Assembly (NCBI GenBank): GCA_965237905.1
Contig: OZ250172.1
Span: forward strand, 2,944,001 to 3,008,000
Length of the DNA stretch: 64,000 bases
From: Nitrospinaceae bacterium
GTDB lineage: Bacteria > Nitrospinota > Nitrospinia > Nitrospinales > Nitrospinaceae
Direction of reading: 5' to 3'
Translations under genes and position numbers: made by a program
The notes under the pieces: generated by a model
Told to the model about the DNA's origin: nothing
Seen by the model: the letters and a program-made list of their open reading frames with translations, nothing else
Database searches by the model: none
In this document: piece by piece, positions 50,263 through 58,886 of the stretch
Position numbering within the stretch: the stretch's first letter is position 1
Layout of the letters: each line of letters opens with the position of its first letter

Positions 50263-50895
50263 ATGTCGTTTGTTTATATGAAAATCCTTGAATCCCGTCC
50301 CGAACGATACGATATAGGAATGGGTCTGTTGACTTTGGGATCGTTGACAAAAATTAAACGGCAAATCGCAGATCATGTTAATCCCGGAAATCGAGTCCTC
50401 GATTTGGGCTGCGGGACCGGAACATTGGCACAAATGTGCATTGAACGAGGGGCGCAGGTGGCTGGGGTAGATGCCAACAGCGGTATGCTTGAAGTGGCAA
50501 AGAGAAATTCGCCTTCTGCAAATTTTCTTAACATCAGCCTTAGCAATCTGGATGAGCATTTAGAGGATGAATCATTCGATATTATTTTAAGCACTCTTGC
50601 ATTCAGCGAATTGACCCGCGCAGAGAGACTTCATGTATTGAAACAAATCAAAAGAATCTTGAAAAAAGAAGGAAAGGTTCTTATCGGTGACGAAATAATT
50701 CCGGAAAATTTATCCGCCAAATGTTTTTACTATGCTTTCAGATTACCCATGCGGCTTCTTACCTGGATCGTGACCCAAAACACCACTAACGCTATTTCTA
50801 ATTTCGATGATGATGTGCAGCAGGCGGGCATGGAAATAGTCAGCCGCAAGCCGTTTATGTTGGGCATGTTCATCCTTTTGGAAATTAAAAAATGA
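50263..50895 (+). CDS. SAM-dependent methyltransferase, resembling corrinoid-protein-associated (CpaM-like) methyltransferases
   Basis: VLDLGCGTG, GVDAN, FDIILSTLAFSEL; N-terminus YMKILESRPERYD; ATGA overlap with the next gene. The subfamily call is from memory. Confidence 0.85.
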   Translation: MSFVYMKILESRPERYDIGMGLLTLGSLTKIKRQIADHVNPGNRVLDLGCGTGTLAQMCIERGAQVAGVDANSGMLEVAKRNSPSANFLNISLSNLDEHLEDESFDIILSTLAFSELTRAERLHVLKQIKRILKKEGKVLIGDEIIPENLSAKCFYYAFRLPMRLLTWIVTQNTTNAISNFDDDVQQAGMEIVSRKPFMLGMFILLEIKK

Positions 50896-51761
50896 TCGGT
50901 TGGATTAAAGACATCTATCAAACGCTATTTCGGTTTGCCCGGTTTCCGTGCGAACCTGAAACCATTGCTATCGGGAATCCTGCAAAATACTCGCCGGTTC
51001 TTGTCACCTGCAATTTTGATTATACGGTCAGACATTTAAAGAATTATTTGGAAGAAGAGCATATAGATTGCTTTCTTCTGGTGGTCAATACCAAAGGCAC
51101 CAACGTCTGGTGCGCGGCGGCTGAAGGTATTTTTACAACCGAAACGGTTCTTGCCCATTTAAAGGTTTATAATGTAAGAGAGCTTGTTAATCACACCAAC
51201 TTGATACTTCCGCAATTGTCTGTGGCTGGAGTAAAAAGAAAAGCTCTCAAAGAACATGGCTGGGAAGGAATTTATGGTCCGGTTTACTTTGCCGACTTAA
51301 AGGAATTTTTGGATAACGACTTTCGCAAGACCAAGGACATGCAGGCTCTAGAATATGGATACTGGGAGCGTTTTAAAATGGGTCTCAGCCATGCGGTTTT
51401 CTGCACATTAGTTTGCATACTTCCAATTTTTCTTTTTGCTTCCGAGTTGTGGCTTCAAGCCATCGTTTTAGTCTGGTACTTCGCTTTCAGTATGCAATTA
51501 ATTGAACATTTTATTCCCTTCGATAGATTGCTATACAAAGGTCTAGCGCTTTCCTTGCCAATTCTGGTACTGGTGCTGTTTTTCTCAATAGATACTGTTT
51601 TGCAAATCCAGGTAATAATCGGGATTATTGCCTTAGGTGCTTTTATTGGATTCGATGCCCAAGGTCATTCCCATCTCGGGCAAAATCAGAATTCGGGAAA
51701 ACTTACTGCTGGGATTTTTGCATTTTTGGCTTTATCTTATGGAGGTTTATTATTGCTATGA
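50892..51761 (+). CDS. HgcA-like corrinoid-binding membrane protein (CdhD/HgcA fold plus TM domain), no ferredoxin domain
   Basis: IGNP...SPVLVTCNFDYT, LLVVNTKGTNVWCAAAEGIF, LILPQLSVAGV, YGPV...DL, then about 5 TM helices. Confidence 0.88.
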   Translation: MIGWIKDIYQTLFRFARFPCEPETIAIGNPAKYSPVLVTCNFDYTVRHLKNYLEEEHIDCFLLVVNTKGTNVWCAAAEGIFTTETVLAHLKVYNVRELVNHTNLILPQLSVAGVKRKALKEHGWEGIYGPVYFADLKEFLDNDFRKTKDMQALEYGYWERFKMGLSHAVFCTLVCILPIFLFASELWLQAIVLVWYFAFSMQLIEHFIPFDRLLYKGLALSLPILVLVLFFSIDTVLQIQVIIGIIALGAFIGFDAQGHSHLGQNQNSGKLTAGIFAFLALSYGGLLLL

Positions 51762-51946
51762 AAAAATTTGTGGATTGGGACAAGATAGAAGAGGAAACGG
51801 GTTCTGCCGAGGAAGCCTGTGAATGCACTAGAAGCAAATTACAATCACTGATTGATTTCGTGGTGGAATTATTTCCCAAGAAAAAGGATTCATCTTGTTG
51901 TCCCGAAATGAATGAAAAAGAAAATGGCCAATGCAATGACAACTGA
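51758..51946 (+). CDS. Small Cys-rich acidic protein
   Basis: 62 aa with CEC, SCC and a further Cys; ATGA overlap with the hgcA-like gene. Confidence 0.6.
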   Translation: MKKFVDWDKIEEETGSAEEACECTRSKLQSLIDFVVELFPKKKDSSCCPEMNEKENGQCNDN

Positions 51947-52364
51947 TACCTCAAGCTCGGCGAAAACGGTAGAAACTTCTATTTGTCCTACCTGTGGTTG
52001 TTCTTTAATAAGGTTGGGCATCGGTTCGGATCGATGGGCAAAAACTACTTACGCAGGCAAGGAGTATTTCTTTTGTTGCCAGGGTTGCGCTGATCTGTTC
52101 AATCAACAACCTCAAAAATACCTTGAGGAAACCAAGGATTTAGTCGTTTGTCCGACTTGTTTGGCAGAAAAACCGGTGCAGTGGGCTGTGCGCATGGAAA
52201 TTGCCGGATGGGAAGTGTTTTTTTGTCGATGTCCATATTGTCCGGACGTATTCCGAAAGGACCCGGACCACTACGTCAAACGTTTACAAGGTGAGATCGC
52301 TTATGATGGTGTGTTCGGTCAGGCCGGATGTTGTTCCACGGACACACAGGGGAACGCTGAGTGA
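51936..52364 (+). CDS. Tandem YHS/TRASH-like metal-binding protein (13 Cys)
   Basis: CPTCGC...YAGKEYFFCCQGCADLF...PQKY; CPTC...FFCRCPYCPDVFRKDPDHY; C-terminal GCC. Start is 51936, 51924 or 51912. Confidence 0.85.
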   Translation: MTTDTSSSAKTVETSICPTCGCSLIRLGIGSDRWAKTTYAGKEYFFCCQGCADLFNQQPQKYLEETKDLVVCPTCLAEKPVQWAVRMEIAGWEVFFCRCPYCPDVFRKDPDHYVKRLQGEIAYDGVFGQAGCCSTDTQGNAE

Positions 52365-52445
52365 ATGTTTTTCGAAGCGCGGCTTCATAAAGCGTAGATA
52401 AGATTTGGTGTGGAGTTTTGTGCTATGCGCTGATATTGGCGGATA

Positions 52446-53090
52446 TCAAAGTTCGCCGTTCCATTCCTTGAAGAAATGATCGAGGTACTGTTCCATGAAA
52501 CGGTGCCGCTGTTCGGCCATTTTTTTTGCGGTGCCGGTATTCATCCGGTCTTTGAGCAATAATAGTTTTTCATAAAAATGATTGGTGGAAGGACCCTTGT
52601 TCTTCTTGTATGCCTCAAAGCTGTCGTGCATTTGCGGAGGCTGGTCCGGATGATGAATCAGCCGTCCCCGATTCCCGCCATACGCAAACGTCCGCGCGAT
52701 TCCCACCGCTCCCAGTGCGTCCAGCCGGTCGGCATCCTGCACGACTTGGCCCTCCAAGGTATCCGTGGGAGTATCGACGCCGGCGCCTTTGAAGGATACC
52801 TTCGAGATGATATCGCAGATGCGGTCAATAGTCTCCGAGGGCAATTCTCCCTCGAGCAATTCACGGATGGTGTTCAATCCCTGGGACTCATCCTCATTCA
52901 ATTTCCAGTCGGCGACATCGTGCAGGAGCGCGGCGATCTCGACAATCGTGCGGTCGGCGCCTTCGGCGTCCGCCAGGTGTTTCGCCGTGTTCCATACCCG
53001 GTGAACGTGCCACCAATCGTGACCGGACCCGTCGCCGGCGAAATGGCTTTCCGCGAAATGCCTGACCTTTTCAATGATTGCTTGGCTCAT
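52446..53090 (-). CDS. HD-domain phosphohydrolase (YedJ/YpgQ-like)
   Basis: GHDWWHVHRV, ALLHDVAD, VQDADRLDALGAVGIARTF, HFYEKLL. Confidence 0.93.
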   Translation of the reverse strand: MSQAIIEKVRHFAESHFAGDGSGHDWWHVHRVWNTAKHLADAEGADRTIVEIAALLHDVADWKLNEDESQGLNTIRELLEGELPSETIDRICDIISKVSFKGAGVDTPTDTLEGQVVQDADRLDALGAVGIARTFAYGGNRGRLIHHPDQPPQMHDSFEAYKKNKGPSTNHFYEKLLLLKDRMNTGTAKKMAEQRHRFMEQYLDHFFKEWNGEL

Positions 53091-53126
53091 GAATATTCTA
53101 TGTTTTTTGGTGATTGCAAAGGCAGA

Positions 53127-53330
53127 AGGAAGAATCCCCCCGGCCCCCTTTACAAGGGGGAGCCAAAGCAAAAATCTCCTCTCCCCTCATGGGGAGCACC
53201 CACGGGGTGACGGATTAAGGTGTGCCAGCGTAACGCTGGACTTAATATATCCTCCCCTTACCAAGGGGAGGACTGAGGAGGGGTTATGATAACCTCCCCT
53301 GTATCCCCTCCTTAGTTAGTAAGGAGGGGA
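53127..53330. repeat. Cluster of REP-like hairpin elements
   Basis: ccccctt-tac-aaggggg (53144-53160), ctcccc-tcat-ggggag (53181-53196), tcctcccctt-acc-aaggggagga (53250-53272), tcccctcctta-gttag-taaggagggga (53304-53330). Confidence 0.8.
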
Positions 53331-53462
53331 GTCATTATAGCGGCATCTTTCTTTTATGCTTACGCAAAGGCCCCCTGTTGAACGCGGTGACCGAAAGCAT
53401 TATTATGTCTCTACTATGAAATATCAACGGTCAAATCAGATGAGGAAGGGAAGGGTGGACTC

Positions 53463-54206
53463 ATGACACCCAAGACCCGTCTTTCGCAGATGATTCTCGA
53501 GGGACGCTACCAGCCGGGTGCGTCCCTTCTGCACCGGATGAGGCCGTCTCTTAAGCTCATTATAGTGCTCACACTTTTTCTTCTCGCTTCGTGGGGCCAT
53601 TTAGAAGTTCTGTGCGGATTGATGCTGGTTTGCCTGTTGGCGATGGCGTTGGCGCAGGTTCCGTTCAAAACGGTCGGGATGATGGTTTATGCGTTTCGCT
53701 GGTTGTTCCTGATCCTCGGGCTGTTTCCCTTGTTCACCACACCCGGCGCATCGGTTGAGGGGTTGGCGTTTCTGCCGTTTACCATTTCCTGGGAAGGGTG
53801 TCAGGCGGGATTGGAGTCGTTCCTGAAACTACTGGAAATGTTTTTCCTGTCGCTGATCCTGGTCCGCACCACCTCTCCCCAGGCGTTGATGAATACTTTG
53901 CAAAAAGCGGTCATCATCAAAAATCAAAGATGGAAAAAAACCGTTCAGGAATTTTTCATGACCGGGTTGTGGGCCGTGCAACTAATCCCGATGCTCTGCG
54001 TGGAAGCGGAAACATTTGTATTAAGTCGACTCGAGGAAGAAAATAAAAGTAAAAAATCCGGACTCAAAAAAGCCTGGCGCGCCGCCTCCCAATTGGGTCC
54101 GCTCATGGCGCACCTGTTCAAGCAGATGGACGAGTGGGAACCGGAGTTAACCGGCAACCAAAACTGGAACGACTGGCAACCGGGGGTAACGGATGTTGCT
54201 CAATGA
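53463..54206 (+). CDS. EcfT/CbiQ-like membrane protein, orphan
   Basis: GRYQPGASLLHRMRPSLKL, LFTTPG, RTTSP, IPML patterns typical of T components. Confidence 0.75.
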   Translation: MTPKTRLSQMILEGRYQPGASLLHRMRPSLKLIIVLTLFLLASWGHLEVLCGLMLVCLLAMALAQVPFKTVGMMVYAFRWLFLILGLFPLFTTPGASVEGLAFLPFTISWEGCQAGLESFLKLLEMFFLSLILVRTTSPQALMNTLQKAVIIKNQRWKKTVQEFFMTGLWAVQLIPMLCVEAETFVLSRLEEENKSKKSGLKKAWRAASQLGPLMAHLFKQMDEWEPELTGNQNWNDWQPGVTDVAQ

Positions 54207-54315
54207 TTACTTGATTTGCGGATCACTTCTGCTTGCCGATATTGTCGATATATGGTAGGTTTGGGCCAAAATCACTCCATGTATTTAAAGCCGTGCCAAC
54301 AGGTATGAGCTAACT

Positions 54316-54786
54316 ATGGGAGGGCTCATGACAACCAATAAATTTCTCGGGGCGGGGTTTGCCTCCCTCGGCATTCTTGTGGGAAGTGTATCCGGCCTCA
54401 GTAGCGCCAAACTCACGACGACTTTACTGGGCTTGCTATTTGCATTGATCGGCGGATCAGTCATCGCTTTCATTCAGAAGCTCGATGATTCTTCCCGCCG
54501 CGCTGCCGGTGTGTCTTTGCTGGCATTTTCACTGGCCGCCACGGTGGGTATTTATATCGGCCTGACGGTTCGGATCAATGACATGTTGCGAATAGGTCAA
54601 CCAGTTGTCGTCGCGTCTCAACTCGGTCAGGCTGATAAACCGGCTGTCGTTCCGTCCCGGCCCAGTCAGGACGACTATCTGAAAGGTTTGCGTACCGATA
54701 AGACCGCGTTTCTACAGGCACAGATCATCAGGGGTGAGATGCAACTGCGAGACGCCTGCAACGCTTTGGCTCAAAAACCGGAGTAA
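54316..54786 (+). CDS. Hypothetical three-TM membrane protein
   Basis: 156 aa; stop lies 4 bp before the protease ATG. Confidence 0.65.
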   Translation: MGGLMTTNKFLGAGFASLGILVGSVSGLSSAKLTTTLLGLLFALIGGSVIAFIQKLDDSSRRAAGVSLLAFSLAATVGIYIGLTVRINDMLRIGQPVVVASQLGQADKPAVVPSRPSQDDYLKGLRTDKTAFLQAQIIRGEMQLRDACNALAQKPE

Positions 54787-54790
54787 CTTT

Positions 54791-56722
54791 ATGAAACTGT
54801 ATAGCCGCTGGCTGTCCACCGGCTTGCTGTTGGCCAGCTTGATTCTCGCACAAGGGAACCTACAGGCGGCCCCGCCACTTAAAGAACAGGCTATCGTACG
54901 CATTGCCGCCACCCTCCACGACGGCACAGTCGAACAGGGCACAGGATTCATAGCATCCCAAGACGGGCTTGTGGCAACGGCTTATCACGTGATACATGGG
55001 GCGAGGAAGATTGATATCTTCGCAGGCGGCAAGCCTCACGAAAATGTCACCGTTGTCGCGGTGCGCCCGCTGACCGATCTGGCCCTGCTCAGAATTCCGG
55101 TGCAGACCGCCGGCACATATTATCCGCTCGCTGCTTCACCTTCCATGGGAACACCCGGCGACGAACTCTATGTGCAAGGAATGGCACTCGGATTTCCACA
55201 CCAAACCCTGATCGGGCATCGTACGCAGAAAGGCTATCTCGTTTCACAGTTATGGACTCTAGGCTCAAAAGACAGCATTTTCTTGAGCACGAATCTTAGA
55301 CTCTTACCCATTGATATCACCGCCGAACCGGGACTGAGCGGAGGCCCTGTGGTCGACCATTCCGGTAATGTCGTGGCTGTGTTCTCAGGCAGCTTGCGCC
55401 GTGGGCGCGGTTATTCCTGGGCGATACCCGTGGATTATCTGTCTTTAAAAGATATGACACTGCTAAATAGCCGGGCTGGACAAATAACCTGGGGACAATT
55501 TCGCTTCATCCGGGCAGGGCTGAATTTCCTCCGGGCACTCGCAGTTCCCGGAACCCAACAACTCTGGCAGAGATGCCGGATGCAGGCCAACAAGCTCTCC
55601 TCTAACTGGGAAGAGTTTTATACAACCATGGTTCAACTTAACGTGCCCTTAATGCTCTACAAACCGGTGTTTGAATCGACACGGCGCAACCTCACACGGA
55701 AGAACGCCAAGCAACATAAACTACGTTTGAAGACAGCGTTCAATACAATTTTAGAGAGTCTGGTGAAGACAGAGCCCCCAAACCAGGCGTTTCAGAAGTC
55801 GCTAAGCGGGATGCCGGCGATTTGTTTTGGCGAAGCCATGCTGCGTAGTCTCCCCGCAGGAACGACGCCGGCAACCTATCGGAACCTCCTAACCTCCATG
55901 CGTTTCGGTAGACGCGTTGATGAGATCAACACCCATTTCACAGCAGTCGAAAGCGAATATCAGGTGTTGGAACGCAGGTTGACACCCATCATGGAAAAAT
56001 TGCTCGATCATAGTGCCAGGCTTGACCAAAACCTCAGCGACTACAACCTGGTACTCGAACTCATTGAATTCAGGAATACAATCGAAGACGTGGCCAAGCA
56101 GGCAACCTCCATCGAACAGTTACGCATAATTGGACATCTCGTCAACAGCGGGCTGGAGAGTGCAGAATTTCTACAGCGTGTGGCAATACAAACCTGGGAG
56201 GGTAAACATCTTAAATACGACCAAATGGAGAGAGGTTTCCAGGCAACCCTCACAGACGGCTGGCTGCCCTTCGATACAACCCTGCGCCAAGCTGTTATAC
56301 GCCCCGGTGCGTCAATGCCGCAAAGCGTAGATGCCATCTACTTCGGCACCATCGACGACCATCTGCCACGTGCCATAGCTAAATTAAGTAATAAACACAC
56401 CAACTCCACGCCATCGACCAACGCGAGCGCCTCGCAACTTGTCCCTTACTGGCAGGAGCTGGATCGTCAGATGAACGCCTATGCCCTCCGGGAGAGACTG
56501 CTTCTACGGGACAGAAAAAAAACCCGAGCCAAGTTGCACGGGGATCTGGTGCTGGAGATTACCGCAGCCAGCCAAGTAAAAGGCAAGAACATCACCGTTT
56601 ACGTGGGACAGCGGTTTCACAATCGAAAGGTGGCGCAAATTTCTTGCTCAGTACTCCGCACGAACCTCGACAATCACAAACTTTGCTGGAAACTGATCGA
56701 AAATATTAAATTCCTGAATTAA
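54791..56722 (+). CDS. Secreted trypsin-like (S1) serine protease with long unknown C-terminal region
   Basis: Signal peptide MKLYSRWL...LQA; GTGF, TAYHV, TDLALL, PGLSGGPV. Confidence 0.85.
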   Translation: MKLYSRWLSTGLLLASLILAQGNLQAAPPLKEQAIVRIAATLHDGTVEQGTGFIASQDGLVATAYHVIHGARKIDIFAGGKPHENVTVVAVRPLTDLALLRIPVQTAGTYYPLAASPSMGTPGDELYVQGMALGFPHQTLIGHRTQKGYLVSQLWTLGSKDSIFLSTNLRLLPIDITAEPGLSGGPVVDHSGNVVAVFSGSLRRGRGYSWAIPVDYLSLKDMTLLNSRAGQITWGQFRFIRAGLNFLRALAVPGTQQLWQRCRMQANKLSSNWEEFYTTMVQLNVPLMLYKPVFESTRRNLTRKNAKQHKLRLKTAFNTILESLVKTEPPNQAFQKSLSGMPAICFGEAMLRSLPAGTTPATYRNLLTSMRFGRRVDEINTHFTAVESEYQVLERRLTPIMEKLLDHSARLDQNLSDYNLVLELIEFRNTIEDVAKQATSIEQLRIIGHLVNSGLESAEFLQRVAIQTWEGKHLKYDQMERGFQATLTDGWLPFDTTLRQAVIRPGASMPQSVDAIYFGTIDDHLPRAIAKLSNKHTNSTPSTNASASQLVPYWQELDRQMNAYALRERLLLRDRKKTRAKLHGDLVLEITAASQVKGKNITVYVGQRFHNRKVAQISCSVLRTNLDNHKLCWKLIENIKFLN

Positions 56723-56754
56723 ACGTACAAGGAGACTTTGGGAATACTGACTCG

Positions 56755-56843
56755 TCACGCTGGGCGGTGGAGGCCGCACTCTTTGTGGTCGGGGTTTCCC
56801 CACCACCAGCGTCCAGTCGGCTATCAGGTTGACCTTTATCAAG
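56755..56843 (-). pseudogene. Degenerate, internally deleted copy of the cysH 3' end
   Basis: Encodes LIKVNLIADWT joined out of frame to RWWWGNPDHKECGLHRPA-stop; matches 57692-57736 and 57865-57902. Confidence 0.88.
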
Positions 56844-56856
56844 TAGGTCAGTTAGG

Positions 56857-57654
56857 CTAAGGAAGTTGATGGGTCAATACTTTTTGTGCCGGATCTTGTC
56901 GATAGAAATCCTGTAAAACCTGATAAAGTTTTGGATGATGGTGTTTCATGTTTTCGGGATTACTAAAGAAATTTTCAGTCACCACCGCGAAAAACTCAGC
57001 TTCATTGGTTGCCGCATAACTGTCAAAAAAAGTTGGCTGACCGTCTTCCACCTTGTCGCATAGCTCAAAATACTCTTGGGAACATACTTCACTCCACTGC
57101 TGATATTCCTCAGGAGTTGCTAGTGGCGGGGTGCCGTCTGCACTGCCATCGAGCATGTCCAGTTTATGAGCGAATTCGTGATAGACAACATTATGACCGT
57201 GTTCCGGATGCCGGGTTTCTCTTTTTACCGCATCCCAGACGAGTATCACCGGGCCACCACGATGGTGGGCTTCGCCGAGAATGGGCATCGGGCCCCGCGC
57301 TGGGGCAGTGCTAACGTCAAAAAAACCGAGTGGTCTCTCAGGAGACAAGACGGTTGAAGGATACACATAAATGGATTCCACATTGTGGTAATAATCGTTT
57401 GGCAACGCGAGTATCAGCAGGCACGCATGGGCGGCGATCATGACGCGAATTTCATCCGTCAATTCGAGGCCATCGCACCCCAACCAGTGCTTTTCGGCAA
57501 TAAAGATTTGGATAAGGTCCTGCAAACGCTTTTTTTCTTCATTGTTGAGGTGTTGGTAATATGGAATGTTATTTTGGATGTGCCTCTCCCACTCGCTTGG
57601 GAAAGGAACGGCCAGTATTTTTTTTCGCCGCCTCTCACGAAACCAATTCCACAT
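56857..57654 (-). CDS. MtfA/M90-family zinc-dependent peptidase
   Basis: Start MWNWF; VYPS, GEA...GPVILVW, NVVYHEFAHKLD, YAATNEAEFFAVVTE. Confidence 0.92.
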   Translation of the reverse strand: MWNWFRERRRKKILAVPFPSEWERHIQNNIPYYQHLNNEEKKRLQDLIQIFIAEKHWLGCDGLELTDEIRVMIAAHACLLILALPNDYYHNVESIYVYPSTVLSPERPLGFFDVSTAPARGPMPILGEAHHRGGPVILVWDAVKRETRHPEHGHNVVYHEFAHKLDMLDGSADGTPPLATPEEYQQWSEVCSQEYFELCDKVEDGQPTFFDSYAATNEAEFFAVVTENFFSNPENMKHHHPKLYQVLQDFYRQDPAQKVLTHQLP

Positions 57655-57679
57655 AAAATTTAACCTCTTTTGAGCTGAT

Positions 57680-58369
57680 TCAGGGGGCCTGGTGAAGGCC
57701 GCATTCTTTGTGGTCGGGGTTTTCCCACCACCAGCGGCCGGCGCGAATATCCTCTCCCGCTTCGATGGGTCGTGTGCAGGGGGCGCAGCCGATACTCGGA
57801 TAGTTTTGTTTGTGGAGCGGGTTGACGGGAACCTTGTTCTTTTCGACATAGTCCTGAACCTGTTCCAGCGTCCAGTCGGCAATCGGGTTGATCTTGATCA
57901 GGGGAGGGCGGTCAGCATCCTCACTCACCTTGGGAATGTCCGTGCGCGTGACGTTCTGATCCCTGCGGATACCGGTAATCCATGCGTCCAGATTGGACAG
58001 CGCCCGCGTTAACGGTTCCACCTTGCGGATGGCGCAACATTCCTTCCGGTTCTCCAGGCTTTCCTTGAACGAGTGAAATCCCTTTTCGCGTTCCAGTCGT
58101 TCGACGTCTTCACTTTTAGGGAAATAGGATTGGATGGCAATGCCGTAGTGGCTTCGTGTCCGGTCCACGGTGAGGTAGGTTTCCTCGTGGAGCCGCCCGG
58201 TATCCAGGGTGAACACCGTAAACTGTTTGGTGATTTTGGACGCCATATCGATCAGCACCATATCCTCCAGGCCAAAACTCGACGCTATTCCTACGCGGGT
58301 TCCAAACTGCTCAAAGGCCCACTCCAGGATTTCCTGGGGGGATTTCGATTCAAAACGGCTGTAATCCAT
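57680..58369 (-). CDS. cysH: Adenylyl-sulfate (APS) reductase, [4Fe-4S] type
   Basis: SFGLED, LDTGRL, ECCAIRKVEPL, YPSIGCAPCT, GRWWWE, ECGLH. Confidence 0.95.
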   Translation of the reverse strand: MDYSRFESKSPQEILEWAFEQFGTRVGIASSFGLEDMVLIDMASKITKQFTVFTLDTGRLHEETYLTVDRTRSHYGIAIQSYFPKSEDVERLEREKGFHSFKESLENRKECCAIRKVEPLTRALSNLDAWITGIRRDQNVTRTDIPKVSEDADRPPLIKINPIADWTLEQVQDYVEKNKVPVNPLHKQNYPSIGCAPCTRPIEAGEDIRAGRWWWENPDHKECGLHQAP

Positions 58370-58391
58370 CAAAATGCTCCTGTAAAAACAG

Positions 58392-58427
58392 AGGAAGAAT
58401 CCCCCCGGCCCCCTTTACAAGGGGGAG
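58392..58427. repeat. 36-bp REP-like element identical to 53127-53162
   Basis: aggaagaatccccccggccccctttacaagggggag at both sites, same orientation. Confidence 0.9.
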
Positions 58428-58886
58428 ATTATAACCTTCTCTTCCCAAAATACGCATATTTGGAGGACTTTCATCCAAACTACAAGTATTACACAACCCC
58501 GACCGGGGTCCAAGCGGCAGGAGCTTGTTTATCAACAAATAACCCCATTTGCAACCCGGATTTTTAGGTTGACAGGGGAGGGCTTTACGATATATAAGGT
58601 GGCTCCATGAGCCTTAAAAGGTGATTTTTAAGGGATTTTGGAAGGATCGATTGAATTCTATTTATTTGAAATAATGGGTTCTTTTTGAATTTTAATATTT
58701 CCGGTGAGGCCGATGAGGATTGCCGGTTAGATGTTGGTATTTTTTGGTTTTGCCCGGTGGAATCCAAGTGCTGGAGCCGTTGTTTCGGGGATGGGAGGAT
58801 TCTTGGAGGCACCTTGATGAATAAGCGTGTTTTCAGTGACGGATTGACTTACAATGCAGGCCAGAATCCTTTATAGAACCTCGATT

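Noticed and set aside
51944..51946. Selenocysteine read-through of TGA in the Cys-rich small ORF
   Set aside because: The TGA overlaps the next gene's start region and I could not identify a SECIS hairpin.
50892..52364. Calling this locus a canonical hgcAB mercury methylation pair or a mer operon
   Set aside because: Cap helix deviates; no ferredoxin gene; no merA, merB, merT or merP in the window.
48833..52446. Terminal repeats delimiting the merR island (tccgcaaat / attggcgga, also atttgcgga near 54215)
   Set aside because: Only about 9-bp imperfect matches, with no integrase or transposase; could be chance.
53127..53330. CRISPR array or integron attC array
   Set aside because: Repeats are non-identical, irregularly spaced and in mixed orientation; no cas or intI genes.
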